Assembly: GCA_002189035.1 (NCBI GenBank)
Contig: NEEC01000012.1
Coordinates: 1-64,000 of the forward strand
Length of the DNA stretch: 64,000 nucleotides
Source: Utricularia gibba
Taxonomy: Eukaryota > Plantae > Magnoliophyta
Reading direction: 5' to 3'
Below, piece by piece: positions 27,767-40,130 of this stretch (position 1 is the stretch's first letter; every line of letters begins with the position of its first letter). The notes beneath the pieces were generated by a model, which saw nothing but the letters and a program-made list of their open reading frames with translations, made no database searches and was not told the DNA's origin. The position numbers were made by a program, and so were the translations under genes.

Positions 27767-30700
27767 TCATGTGCTGGTGCTGCTCTGGGAGATTACTTCT
27801 CCGAACTTGAGGAAAAGTTGTGCATCCGAGGTGCTCCTCGATTTGAAGCTCATTATGTTTGCGTACTCGTCGATGTAGCTTTGCGACAACGGAGGAGCTG
27901 CTGCTGCTGCTGCTGCCGGCTTAATGTCTGTGATGAATGATGGGGTCAGGGTCAGGAGCACTCGAACCACCTCGTGCATGGTTGGTCGATCCATGGGCTG
28001 CTTCTTGGTGCACAGAAGTGCAAGTTGAAAAATCTTTTTCACCTCTCCGAGATCGTGGCATGTATCCATTATCTCTGGGTCGACTGTCTCCATCACCGAG
28101 TTGTCTGCTGCTTTAGCTAGAATCTGTCATGAAAAATAGTTTAGTTCTACTGGGGTTGAAGAAAGGTGGGGTGGGGTGGATTGGGAGGAGAGCTGACTAG
28201 ATGATGGAGATTGCACTCGTTGTCCACTGCTTTTCTTCCAGTGAGAAGCTCGAGGAGGACGATTCCGAAGCTGTAGACATCGGATTTTTCGGTTAGCCGT
28301 GAGGTGCGGGCGTATTCAGGGTCTATGTAACCAATTGTTCCCATCAAGTACGTAGAGGTATGCGTCTTGGAAGTGCACAGGCACTTGGCAATGCCGAAGT
28401 CTGTGAGATGAGCTTCATAGTCCTTGTCCAGTAGGATGTTGGACGGTTTCACGTCGCGGTGGATGATCCGAGGGCTACAGTCATGGTGCAGATAAGAGAG
28501 GCCCTGTGCAGCTCCGGTCGCAATATGCAGCCGTGTTGCCCAGTCGAGTTTCTTCTTTTTCGCAGACCCTGAAAGTGACGTTCATCACAGGTTGAGCTAG
28601 TTTCAGAAAACGCAGACTTGCTCAAGACCGTACCGTGAAGGAGATCCCAGAGGCTGCCATTCTCCATGTAATCGTAGAAGAGCAGGTTCCCTGACGGCAA
28701 GAGCGAGTACGCTTGAAGACAGACGAGATTCCGGTGCTTTATACTACCTACTGTCTTGAGTTCAGTTTCGAATTCATGCAGACAATGGGGATGCGAATGA
28801 AGCTTCTTGATAGCCACCGGGCGGCAGTTCTTGAGGACGCACTTGTAGACAGTGCTCGAGGCTCCATAACCGATGATATACTTCTCGCTCAAGTTCTCAG
28901 TCATCCGCATGATATCTTCGTAAATGTGTAACGCCATATTCATGTTAAGGATCACCAGCTTTGGAGCAGAGCAAGTCACTGAAAATGCCACCAAAGCATA
29001 TCAGGGGATTCCATTATCCTCATAAAATAAGCATGAATCTAGAGATGACATTGGACCTGGTTTGTTCAATGAACCATCGACAACTGAACTAGCAGAGAAA
29101 GGCCAGCACACCGCGACTAAGATCATCAGCAGAATAAACAGTGCACCAAACGCTATGCCAAGAATAGCAGCCCTTGGCATAGACACTGCAAAATGGTTTA
29201 AACCTGTCAACGTGAATGAGAGATCATGAAAGGAGAGTGATCTCTCATCAATAAACAACTTGCCTCGCTCTATCCGAGGTGTTCCTTGGCAAGACTTGTG
29301 AAGGAAAACACCACAGAGGCCGGGATTACCCAGAAAACTGAAGATGAAAAAGAGTGATTAGAAAACAGAGGAACAACAGACTTTTAAGAAGATGATAAGT
29401 CACCTATCAGGTGGGAATCTGGTGAAATTTCTCCCAGGTGGAATGTACCCGACGAGATTGTTATAAGATACATTGCTGCAGTAGCATGTCAACATTAAGC
29501 AAGAACATTTTCTGCATGATTCGGTGCAACACTTACAGAACTGTGAGACTTTGACAGTCAGCGATAAAATTAACATCACCACTCAAATCATTGTTTTCCA
29601 GCTTCCTGCAACGGATTTGCAGATTGACGACTCACACCTCAGTGGCTCTGAAACTGTATCTCGAGATTAGAAGAACTTACAACAAAAAGATATTTTGAAG
29701 CTGGCCTAGTTCTGCAGGGATTGGGCCAGATAAATGGTTAACAGAAACATCTCTGCAAACAGAGCGTCATTAGCATTGTTTACTGAAAGGAGGCCGAGCA
29801 ACAGATGAATGTGATCCCCTTACACTTCCATGACACTCCTTAAGTTGCCGAACTCCGAAGGTATGGATCCAGTTAGCTGATTGTTGCTCAAGTTACTACA
29901 GATTATATCTTTGAAGTGAGGCTTGTAAGGTGGAAATTGACGAAAATAGCATTGAACGAAACCCTTACAGTTTCAGGAGATGTTCCAAATCACCGAGCGA
30001 TGGGGGCAAAGAACCACTAAGCATATTACTCGAAACATCTCTAATCAAACCCAAAAATGCAGTAAAACAATGAGAAGAAAATTCAAAAAGTTCCTATGCC
30101 ATGAAAAAAATTGAAGTACCCCAGTAGTGCACTTACAGAGTATCCAGATTACCCATGCCTGATAGTTCAATGGGAATTGGACCCATCAGGAAGTTGGAGG
30201 AAACATTCCTGCGGGAGAAAAAACTCAAAAATTTTTTTCTACATCCAACATTGCAAAGCCACAGAATACCATCATTTAATCCATCGAAGATCTTACAAAT
30301 ATGTCATCCTCTCAAGCTTCTGAAATGTCAATGGAATAGTTCCATTCAATTTGTTTCCATGAATATTCCTGGTCCCAAAGTGCCCATAAATATGTCAAAA
30401 AACAGAGTGCGCCAAAAATAAGAGAGAGTTACTCTTACAAGCTATTGAGATTAGCACAGGAGCTCAGATTATCAGGTATCCATCCCTCTAGGTTATTGTT
30501 TGCCAAATTTCTGCATGCACAAGTGTTTTGAGAGGATGACAAGCAAAATTACAAAGGATAGCAGCACTGTCAAAATGAGCATACAGGTCAAACAAATCTG
30601 TGAGCTTTCCAAGTTCTCGTGGAATCCGCCCAGATAAATAATTATTGTTGAGCTCCCTATAAAACATTGTCGATGATCTACACAAGAAATGAAAAGAGAA

Positions 30701-33008
30701 AAACACAAAACATATAACCTGTTCATACAAGTAGTGAAGTTTTGTCATATTTCCTAGCTCGGGAGGAATAGATCCGGTAAGCTGGTTACTATGAAGGTAC
30801 CTTTAAAGAAAACATCGTTTCATCATACGTGACATGGATTCAAAAGTAATAAAAAGCTGCTACGCTCACTCACAGCTTCTCTGTGTAAGTCAAATTTCCA
30901 AGAATTGGTGGGATTGCTCCAGTCAACATATTATGGCTAAGATCCCTGAGTATCAGAATCAAAGAAAAACTAATTGATACGCATGAGTTATACAAGCTAA
31001 CATCACTCAAGGCGATTTACTTACAAAACTGCCAGTGCCTGCATCAAGCCAATTACATATGGGATTTGACCCGAAAAACCATTATTTTGCAACGACCTGA
31101 ATTGGACATTACTCATCATTCACATCCCTGAACTTAAGATTAGTGATTGGTATCTCTTACAAGGTGGCAACTTGTAGAAAACCAATATTGAAGGGAATCT
31201 CTCCGGTAAAATTGTTGTAAGACAGGTCCCTAATATTCACACACAAAAGTCCATTTAAGAATAAACTGGTTGAAATGTTCATTGAACAAAAGTAGGATAT
31301 AGAGCTAGGTACTAACAGAACTTGGAAGGAGGTGCAGTTTCCAATGCTGTCTGGTATCGAACCACTCAAGCTGTTGTTTCTAACATCACTGGCCAAGATA
31401 CTGACGGCTAAAAGTCCCCACAATAGCAAGAATAACAAAGGGAAACAATTAACATGGTGAGAAGAAACTTACAAGTACCACAATGCAGTTAACTGGCACA
31501 TATCTGAAGAGAGACTTCCCTGAAGGTTATTGCTCCTCAACCCCCTGAAAGAATTGAAGTGAATCTCGATCCTTTAAATCAAAGAACATTGAGCGTTCTA
31601 ACTCAGGGTATTCCATTTGGCTCACAGGTATTGCAGAACTTCATTCCAATATAACAACCTTGGAATTTCACCACTCAGTTTGTTCTGGGCCAAGTCCCTA
31701 CACCATCAGAGTATGAAAAAATACATATATTGCCTCATTCAGGTTTGGATGCGGCGGGAGCACAGTATTACGAGAGGAGACTGCACTCACAGAATTTTTA
31801 GGTTAGGGATCTGTGAGAGGGTGGAAGGGATTGGGCCGACTAGATGATTGCTTTTCAAGATCCTGAGCGTTTGTAGGTAAATCCAAGGTGAAAGTAAGGA
31901 ATGATAACGTCCTATAACGACAATACGAGTACAAATTCCATCATTCACAACTCACAAAGTGTCCAGTTGCTTCAGCTTTGAAAATGAAAATGGAATATCA
32001 CCATGAAGCTCATTGAAGGATAGATCCCTGGAAATGCATCAAAACGTTAAGATACTACAAAATCTTCAATTTGTGCTCACCCATATTGCATTGGTACCCA
32101 TTGTTGTCCAAGTTTTCAATATCTCTTGTTATTTAACTATCAACCTAACGATTACGCAAGAACTTACAAACTCTTCAAAGCTGAGCAATCTCCAATCTCA
32201 TCTGGTATCTGTCCAGAGAGTAGATTCCCCCGCAGATCACTATTTCAAAACAAACCATCATGTTGAGGAGCTACATATTGAGTATTGAAATATTTGAAGA
32301 GCTTATAAACACATCTACATGGAGACCAAGCCTTTAAGCTTTCCTATTGTAGGTGAAATTTCGCCTTCTAGATTCAAACCCGAAAGGTTCCTGAATAAAA
32401 TTGAAATATAAGATATCTACGCAAGGGGAACAGGAAACTGCATAAAAGAAAAATCCAGAAAGAAGGCAAACTAACAATGCATTAACAGTGAAGGTGACAT
32501 TATCACAAGTTATCCCGCGCCAAGAACAGTATCCTGAAGTTTGAGAATCCGCCCAGTCATAGAGCACATTGTTAATATCGCTAAATGATCTCTTAACGTC
32601 CAGCAATGTAGATCCTTCGTACAAGAATAGATCAAAGAAATGAGAAGATGGGAAAAGAAGGTTCCGGGGTTTCTGCTCAAACCTTAACTGAAAATGATGG
32701 ACAGGACAAACAAATGACTACTAGACAAAAAGAAGAAAACAGAGATTAGTAGAGACAATGACGTGATTAATTGCTAAAGACAAACAAACTCCCAACTTCT
32801 AAAACGTTAACAGATTAGACCATCAAAAGAAATACGAATCTACGAGACGACCCAGAAACGTGAAAACAGGCGCCGATTGACGGCGACCCAGGAACAGAAA
32901 AATGCAGCAACTACGGCAAGGCGTACCGTCATCGCAACGCACTAATGCAAAGCTTAAGAGCAGAGCCAAAAACCCTGAAAGAACGAACTTTCTCCAACCG
33001 TCAGCCAT
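27767..33008 (-). CDS. ERECTA: ERECTA-family LRR receptor-like kinase; 27 exons, intact
   Basis: Signal peptide [25 protein letters not shown]; ~20 successive 69/72-nt LRR exons traced (e.g. [24 protein letters not shown]); [24 protein letters not shown]; kinase [22 protein letters not shown]; C-terminus [15 protein letters not shown]. Confidence 0.96.
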
Positions 33009-36000
33009 TGAACTTCTCGCAAAAACTAATAGTGGACAAGCTCTTCCTCTTGGCCCCAGGAACACAAATGAAGATTCATTCACCGGAAATGTGAAGTGGA
33101 TACTACGAACAGCTAAAGCTCATAGTTTCAGCAAGCCCAAGACTACGATGATTTGATACACAGATAACAATGGTGAGGCAAAGAAGAGACCAAAGGTACA
33201 ACAGATGGACTGGGATTTGCAAATAAAGTTGCAGGGCAGGCTCCTCCTATCGTTTCGTTCAATCAATCTCGCTGCCAGAGCAGAGCGACAAGGCGTTCGA
33301 GAGGAGTAAAACGAGGACTTGCATGTAAGTAAATGAAGAGAGAGGGGAGTTTGTGTGGGGGGGGGGGGGGGGGGATGAGAAATCAGAAAAATTATTTGAA
33401 GGGGAAAAAGTTAGAAGGACCAGCTGCAACTTCTGATGCATTTGCTCCACCAAGACACCACCCCCTACCTTTTTCACTGCCAGTTTCCCTCCTCGTTAAC
33501 ATCAGGAATCAAACTCTCTTTCCACGTATGCATACAAACGCCCTGTCTCTAAACAATGGCTAAAAAAATCACTTGTTTACCCCCTTATTTCTCTAGTCTC
33601 TACCAAATACCTTCCTTCTCTTCCACCATTGAAAGGAATCTAACCGGGACCCTATGTATGTTTGTGCAAATGGTCCCTTTGAATGTTAGCATAAAAGTTG
33701 AATTGTTCTTCGCTTTCATGTTCACGAGAAGCGAAACCATTACCCATTCGGTTTCTTTACAGAGCAGTAGAGCTGAGAAGAGCAACCCTTGTTCAGTTGA
33801 CACTCATCACATCCTCTTCTCTTCTGGCCACAGTTTCTCTACGGGTCCTGAAGTTGTTATCATTTGGCGTGACAGCCATCTATGGATAAAAAGTTTTCTT
33901 TTCCTTTTTTCGTCCACGCCATAACGATGTGAATGATTTATGTGCGGGATGGTTTGTTTGTTTAGCCTGTTCCACTGTGTGTTCTTCCCTGTTGAAGGGA
34001 ATCATCTCCTCTTAGCCAACTGTCCATCTCAATAACATCGAATCATTCATAAATAGAAATGGGAAGGTTCTTAATTGTCAGTAACTTGCATCATGAGGGA
34101 TGATATATTTTCATCGTATAGGGGCCACGGGGCAAAACCCTGCATGGCCTTTTCTCCAACCCATCAATAGAGTTGAGTATTTGCAAAAAGCACCCCAATA
34201 TAGTTGTAGTTTCTCTTAAAGGGTCACAGCTTTTTGTTCAAAAGAAGAATTTGTTTTGCACCCCTGAATTTCACAAATATTACAATCCAATCATCTAAAA
34301 TAAAAAAAGAGCCTCACTGCTGTCTGCTAATCACATCCCACGTCGGCAACACACATGCGTACTCACCTTATAGGAGATGAATTCGGAGTACATGAAAATA
34401 AATCTCAAATTCGATTGTTTAATAAAAACTGAATTAAAAAAAGAATTTTAATTAGTTAAGGGGTTATTTTATAATTCTCAATATAGACGTACGTGAATTT
34501 ATAATAAGAATGATGGTCCGAGTTTGGGGTTGGGGTAGATGAGAAATTTGAAGCATGTCGTCTTGTAATGGGCTCCAGCCCCGGGTGAGAGGACCGGAGC
34601 GGTCGGGAACCTCATCAGTAGGCGTGCAGCGGACAGTCGCCTTCATAGACTTGCAATTGGTATACGGTGTGCTTTGACCGCCACCAACACACCTCTAATA
34701 TTCTATTCCAACTGCTACCCTACAACATATACAATTATTATTATTATTATTATTCATTTTAAGACCCAAAGTCTTTTGATTAATCGACTGAAAATTTGAC
34801 GGTTATACAATTTCATATAAATTATTGAAATAATAAAAAATATTGTTTTGTACATAACATTGATTATTTTTTTTATTTTTTTTAAAATAAGCACAAGCAT
34901 AAACGATAATAAATTAAAAATAGTGGTTTTCAAAAAAATACTCCATCAATGAATAAATTTGACCTTATGTGTATATAAACCTCAAAGATTAGATGGATTG
35001 TACAAGTTTTGGAGATATTATTATAAAGTATTGTTATTCGTTAATCATTATAGTATTATCTTTTATTTATACTCTTGTGATATTATGTTTTTTGATGTAT
35101 GATTCTAAATTTTATAATTCATATTTGCATAGATGGGTTAAATCAAATGTATCTCGACATTGATATCTGATATAACTTTTATCTTTAGGAATTTAAAGAC
35201 AATCTTGGATCCTTTCACATGTTATTAAAGTTTTATAGTAATTAATAATGCATTGACAAAAAACAGAACAAAAAAATATTACGTAAAACAAAAGCAAAAT
35301 TTTTGATTAAATGTCAAATAATATATTAAAACATCAACCAGAACTTACGTGCGCATGACCACCGTATATATGCCGATAAGTGATACCACATATACGTCAC
35401 ACTAAAATATAAAAATAAGAAAATATGAAAAGTAAAAGAAAAAAAGTAATCAAAAGGCATATGTAATAGTTGAAAATTAGTAGTATTTTTATATAAGAAA
35501 ATTTAAATTTTTTGCTCGTCTTGTTTGAAGAGTCTGAATCAATCTATTATATATATATTTTATTTAAGTCTTGAATATTGAGTTAATCTTCATTTTTGTA
35601 CATTTTCTTGGGTTCAATTTCATATATCTTTAAACTTGTAAATTGTTAGATCTTGATTTATCTTAAAATTAATTAAAAATATTAAAAATCTAAAAATATA
35701 TTTTTATTCAAAAAAATTAATTTAAAATATAAAAAATGAATATGAATTAATTGACAAAGTGAAACATAAATTAAGTAAAACAAATTTAAACAATAATAAA
35801 AACAGATGTTTTGAATAACGTAAAATGATTTATAAAAAAATCATTTAATATTTTTTTCAAAAAATTAATAAAAACATATAATAATAATAATAATAATAAT
35901 AATATTTTTTTGAATAATTTCTGATAATTAGACTGATTAGGCAGCCCATTGGGTGATATCTAATTGGGTTTACTTTTAAGCCCGACACTTGTTGTGGACC

Positions 36001-36857
36001 AATCAAAACATGGATGGGACCACTAAACACATGGAAATGATTTGTGCTGAGGGTGACATGACATCTTTCCAGTCAATATTCAATTTAATGACGTGAAAAA
36101 TATAATAAATCATGTGAAAAACTGATGAGCTGATTATTATTTAACGCAATGATATTAATAATAACACTTTGGCTAACATACTCACCATTTCAAAATCATT
36201 TATTGCAATTCGGGTGGCCGAAAGACAAACGCATTCATTCACTTGGGACCAATACTTGGGCCGAATGGCAGATGGCCCATATGAGATTTGGTTGTTAGCC
36301 CAGTGAATTTATCTGGCGCGTAGTGGGCCAATTTATAATATTTAGAACTAAAAGCTGCATCTAATTTCTATTGTTTAGTGAAAATGATATGTTTACGCCT
36401 ATGGATGTAATTTGTACATATTCTTTAGCCTATCGGATATGTTTAATATCTAAAATTTTTCATATTAGATAAAATTAATTTCTAATATTTTCTAAATCGT
36501 TTTTTTTAATCAAGCGTAAATGATTTTAAGTAATTGAAAGTTGAGAATACTTGGTCTTCATTATTTTACTATTTAACGGAACCCGATCACTGCTGATCGC
36601 AAACCGCCAGTCACTGGCGTCCGGCACGTGCTCGGCTGCCGTCCTCCGTACGGACGCTTGCTCGCAGTCGCCGCTTGACAACGATGCCTATGCGCAAGCG
36701 TGGGCACGATGGGTTGGTGGGTATGCAGGATGGCAGTCTTTGATGCAAAGAGGTAAAATTAGTGAACATCGATTTTGTTTAATTTCTATACGATCTGTTA
36801 CACAAATCGGTAAAGGAGTACCGGAGCATGTGGGCAATTTTCCCATTTTATTTTCCT

Positions 36858-38666
36858 TCAAACCTGATGTAGTATAAGTGGCGATCCCAACTGCGGCTGA
36901 AGAGTAAAGATGGTGAACGGCGCGTGGGCGTACGACGGCGAGAGCTCGAACCAGAAATTCTGCAACATCATGGCTAGCGCCAGCTTCGCTTCCATCAAGG
37001 CAAACTCTCGGCCTAAGCAGAATCTTGGGCCCCACCCAAACGGAAAATAACCACTTTCCTCTTTCCCTGCAGCCGCCGCCCCATTGGCGAATCTTTCCGG
37101 GTTGAATTCGTTTGCATCTTCGCCCCAAATATCTGGGTCGTGGTGTAGAAGGAGTATCGGCAGAATGATCTCGACTCCCGCCGGGAAACCCATTTTTCCG
37201 ATCTGGGATGGTTTGGATGTGTAGCGGAAGAGCGACGTCACTGGTGGGTATAGTCTCATTACTTCATGTAGAATCATTGTCACCTGCAAGGAGTAAAAAG
37301 AGACCCATTCTTTAGCTGTTTTTCGGTTCTGGATCTCAAAGCGTTTGCATAACTGAAGCTTTCTGGTTTTTGAGATTCTTAAAAGTGATGCTGGAAATGG
37401 AGGTTTTACTCACAATTTTGAGTCGGCCAATGGTTTTGACATCGGGTGTTGATTTACCAAGAGCTCGGAGGACTTCTTCTCTAGCTTTGTCTTGCCAATT
37501 TGGATGCATAGAGAGGAGAATCATTGTCCAGGTTAGCAGATTAGATGTAGTTTCCTGGCCTGCAAAGTAGAAAAGTTTGCATTCCTCAATCACATCATCC
37601 ATACTCATCATGTTACTCTTATCGCTTTGGCATTGCAGAAGCAAGCTCAGAAGATTTGCTTTCGCTTTTCCTTCCGAAATCTCTCTTGTTTTGGTGTCTA
37701 TCAGATTTTTCAACCTTCCTTTGATTTCCCTATCAATTTCGTGCATTCTCTTCACAGTTTTTGTCGGCAGAAACCTCATCCAGTCGAAGGGCATCCCCAT
37801 GAACACCTTGATTACCAATCCTGTTTGTTCTTTTTGGAGCACAAATATATCCTTCACTTCTTCATACGGTGTTCCAAATGCTGCTCGTGAGATGACATCT
37901 GATGTAAGTTGTTGCATTTCTTCTGCAATTTCAAGCTCAAGTTTCCCTTGGCAAGATGCCAATTTTGCCTTCCAAGTGTTGATCATGTTGCAGCAGCTTG
38001 TCACAAAAGATGGTAGCATCCCCTGTCGGTTCCACCCCCATGAATTTTCTCACGATACATGCAACATGATAGTTGACACAAGTAGCCGTACCAGTATGCT
38101 ATCGTGGTGAAATGCAGGAGAAAGGGACTTTCTTCTCATGCTCCATTCATCTCCTTCCAAAGTGGAAAGCCCAAGAGATACAATGTTGACAAGAGGGCTC
38201 ACAGGAAGCTTCACAAAGTGGCCGCTTTGGTTATTCAATATGAATTTGACAAGTCCTGGATCTGCAACAAGCACTCTCGGCCTTCTTCTGTGCCAGCTCA
38301 GAGAAATCTTTCCTGGTTCAAAGCCGAATACCAAAGTTTGTCATCACCTCAAGGATTTATTCCAAATTTTGTCTAATCCTTACCATATTTTTGTAGCATT
38401 TGAGCCCAGAAAGGATTGACGCGAGCAGCGATGTCATGGTTCAGAGCCATGGGCTTCGACCATGCCTCCGCCATGAGTGCCTTAGTTTGCTCTACATCGC
38501 CTTTTAAAATCTTGTAAGAACTGCCTTGGATTCCTGTTTCCCTCAGTTGCTTCTGCAGGCTTATGGGTTTCCACCATAGCTCGTAAACAGCTCGTATTGC
38601 GCACCAGAGGGCCACCAAAACGACTCCAAGAGTCCAATATTCTGAGAACAAGAAGAAGAATTCCAT
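36858..38666 (-). CDS. CYP72A: Cytochrome P450, CYP72A subfamily; 4 exons (38666-38384, 38312-38092, 38022-37414, 37283-36858)
   Basis: WWKPISLQKQLRETGIQG, EECKLFYFAGQETT, EVMRLYPP, PERF, heme motif FGWGPRFCLG; GT-AG introns keep the frame. Confidence 0.93.
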
Positions 38667-39083
38667 GCTTTGATTATACTTTCACTTGTTGGCTGCTTAT
38701 TTATACGAATTTCGGGAATGAATGAACTTGAGGCCCAAGGAAAACGAAGGAGAAGAGTCTGACACGGCAATTCATGCTCCATTAAGACGACAGCCACTTT
38801 TGAGACACGGCGACTCTCTGAAGGTAACAAAAGTCTTCAGATGACAATGACTCCTTTGGACCTTTGATTTATTAACGCAACTGTATACAAACGCTGGCAT
38901 TAATCAAGATCATCCCATGGCGGCTACTAATATGCTGCGGAACAGAAACTACTCAGCTCTAGTTCTCCTCCTACGCATTTTCTACTTCCAAAAAGAGCCG
39001 CCATGGATCGTGGATGTCGTGGCATCTTAGCCCATCCCCGACGTCCCCTTTTGAAGGTTTCTCGCCGTTTGCAAAAGCATTGG

Positions 39084-40130
39084 TCATAATGCCGCAGACT
39101 GGTTCTTTGAGGAGAGCTTCTTTACGAACTCGTAGGTGGTGATCATGGTCGTCGCAGACATGGACATGGATGCCCATCTTGGGCCAAGACCTCTGTAACA
39201 AGCGCCCCATCCCCTCTGTCCAACAAGGCTTCTCATAGTTTGCATCACGGTTGGCTTTCTTCCACACCCACATTCATCTCCCTCCAAGACCTGTAGCCTT
39301 GTCTTGATTGTGTCTAACGGCATTGTCACAAGTGCAGATGCGCCACTAGCCACAGCAGCACTCACAGACTGAACTGCCAGCATAAATTTTCCATCTGGCT
39401 TGTAGCAGCTCCCAGTTTCACTCGTTGTATTGAAGTAACTGCAAACACCGTTCCAAATTCCTCTGTGTGCAATGGAGTAAGCAGCCCACCAGACGGCATT
39501 AGAAGGAGCATAAGTCAGTAGAGATATTCCAAATCCCCTGTAGAATCCCTTCACTCCATCAGAAACTAAGATTTTCTTAAACGCATCGATGCCACCGTTG
39601 TAGTGCTTCAATCCAACAGCGGATGAAACAGCTTTACTTTGTCCTCCTTGAACCATCAGCCTCTGGCTCACAACATCAATGGGTGTCCACACCAATTGAG
39701 CAGCCATGGCTGCAGCCATTCCAGCAGCTGCATTAGCACTTGCGGAAGCTGAAGCCTCAGGCATACCCAGATGATCGATTGCAATAGTTTCTACATTGCT
39801 TTTGGTGAACTCAAGCGCACCCATGTAGAGTGCACGAGCAGGAATAGTTCCCATGATCGATGTTCCGAAACCAAGGTAGAATCCCCTGAATCCGTGGTTC
39901 TTAAAGATGGAAGCCGCCAGTTTAAGACATGAAACGTCTTTCGAAGCAACCTGCTGCCGCGTCTTCATCACAACCATTGGGTAAAGCAAGCCTGAAACAC
40001 CAGAAAACAAAGCTGCACCAACAAAAAAAAACTTGGATTTATCAAGCATCTCCCAATCTATATCTGCAGGAAGGTGAATTTGAGAACCGGAATCGTCCGT
40101 GCTGAAATCCATGGAGGGATTGTGAGACAA
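39084..40130 (-). CDS. Intronless mitochondrial carrier protein, SLC25A44-like
   Basis: 348-aa ORF with IDWEMLDKSKFF and three carrier signatures (PMVVMKTRQQ, PIDVVSQRLM, PLDTIKTRLQ). Confidence 0.93.
   Translation of the reverse strand: MSHNPSMDFSTDDSGSQIHLPADIDWEMLDKSKFFFVGAALFSGVSGLLYPMVVMKTRQQVASKDVSCLKLAASIFKNHGFRGFYLGFGTSIMGTIPARALYMGALEFTKSNVETIAIDHLGMPEASASASANAAAGMAAAMAAQLVWTPIDVVSQRLMVQGGQSKAVSSAVGLKHYNGGIDAFKKILVSDGVKGFYRGFGISLLTYAPSNAVWWAAYSIAHRGIWNGVCSYFNTTSETGSCYKPDGKFMLAVQSVSAAVASGASALVTMPLDTIKTRLQVLEGDECGCGRKPTVMQTMRSLVGQRGWGACYRGLGPRWASMSMSATTMITTYEFVKKLSSKNQSAAL

Noticed and set aside
34335-34450. USE-like ATCCCACGTCG plus TATA at Pol III spacing as an snRNA or telomerase-RNA promoter
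   Set aside because: Downstream sequence is AT-rich, hits a T5 run after ~50 nt and has no CTAAACCCT template or snRNA similarity; the motif may belong to a MULE-like terminus.
34585-34655. Hammerhead-ribozyme-like layout on - strand (GTC, stem I GGCG/CGCC, CTGATGA, short stem II GGT/ACC)
   Set aside because: The required GAAA is replaced by GCTC and no stem III partner follows, so the catalytic core is incomplete.
36118-36135. CTGATGAG hammerhead or snoRNA motif
   Set aside because: No flanking stems, GAAA or paired boxes.
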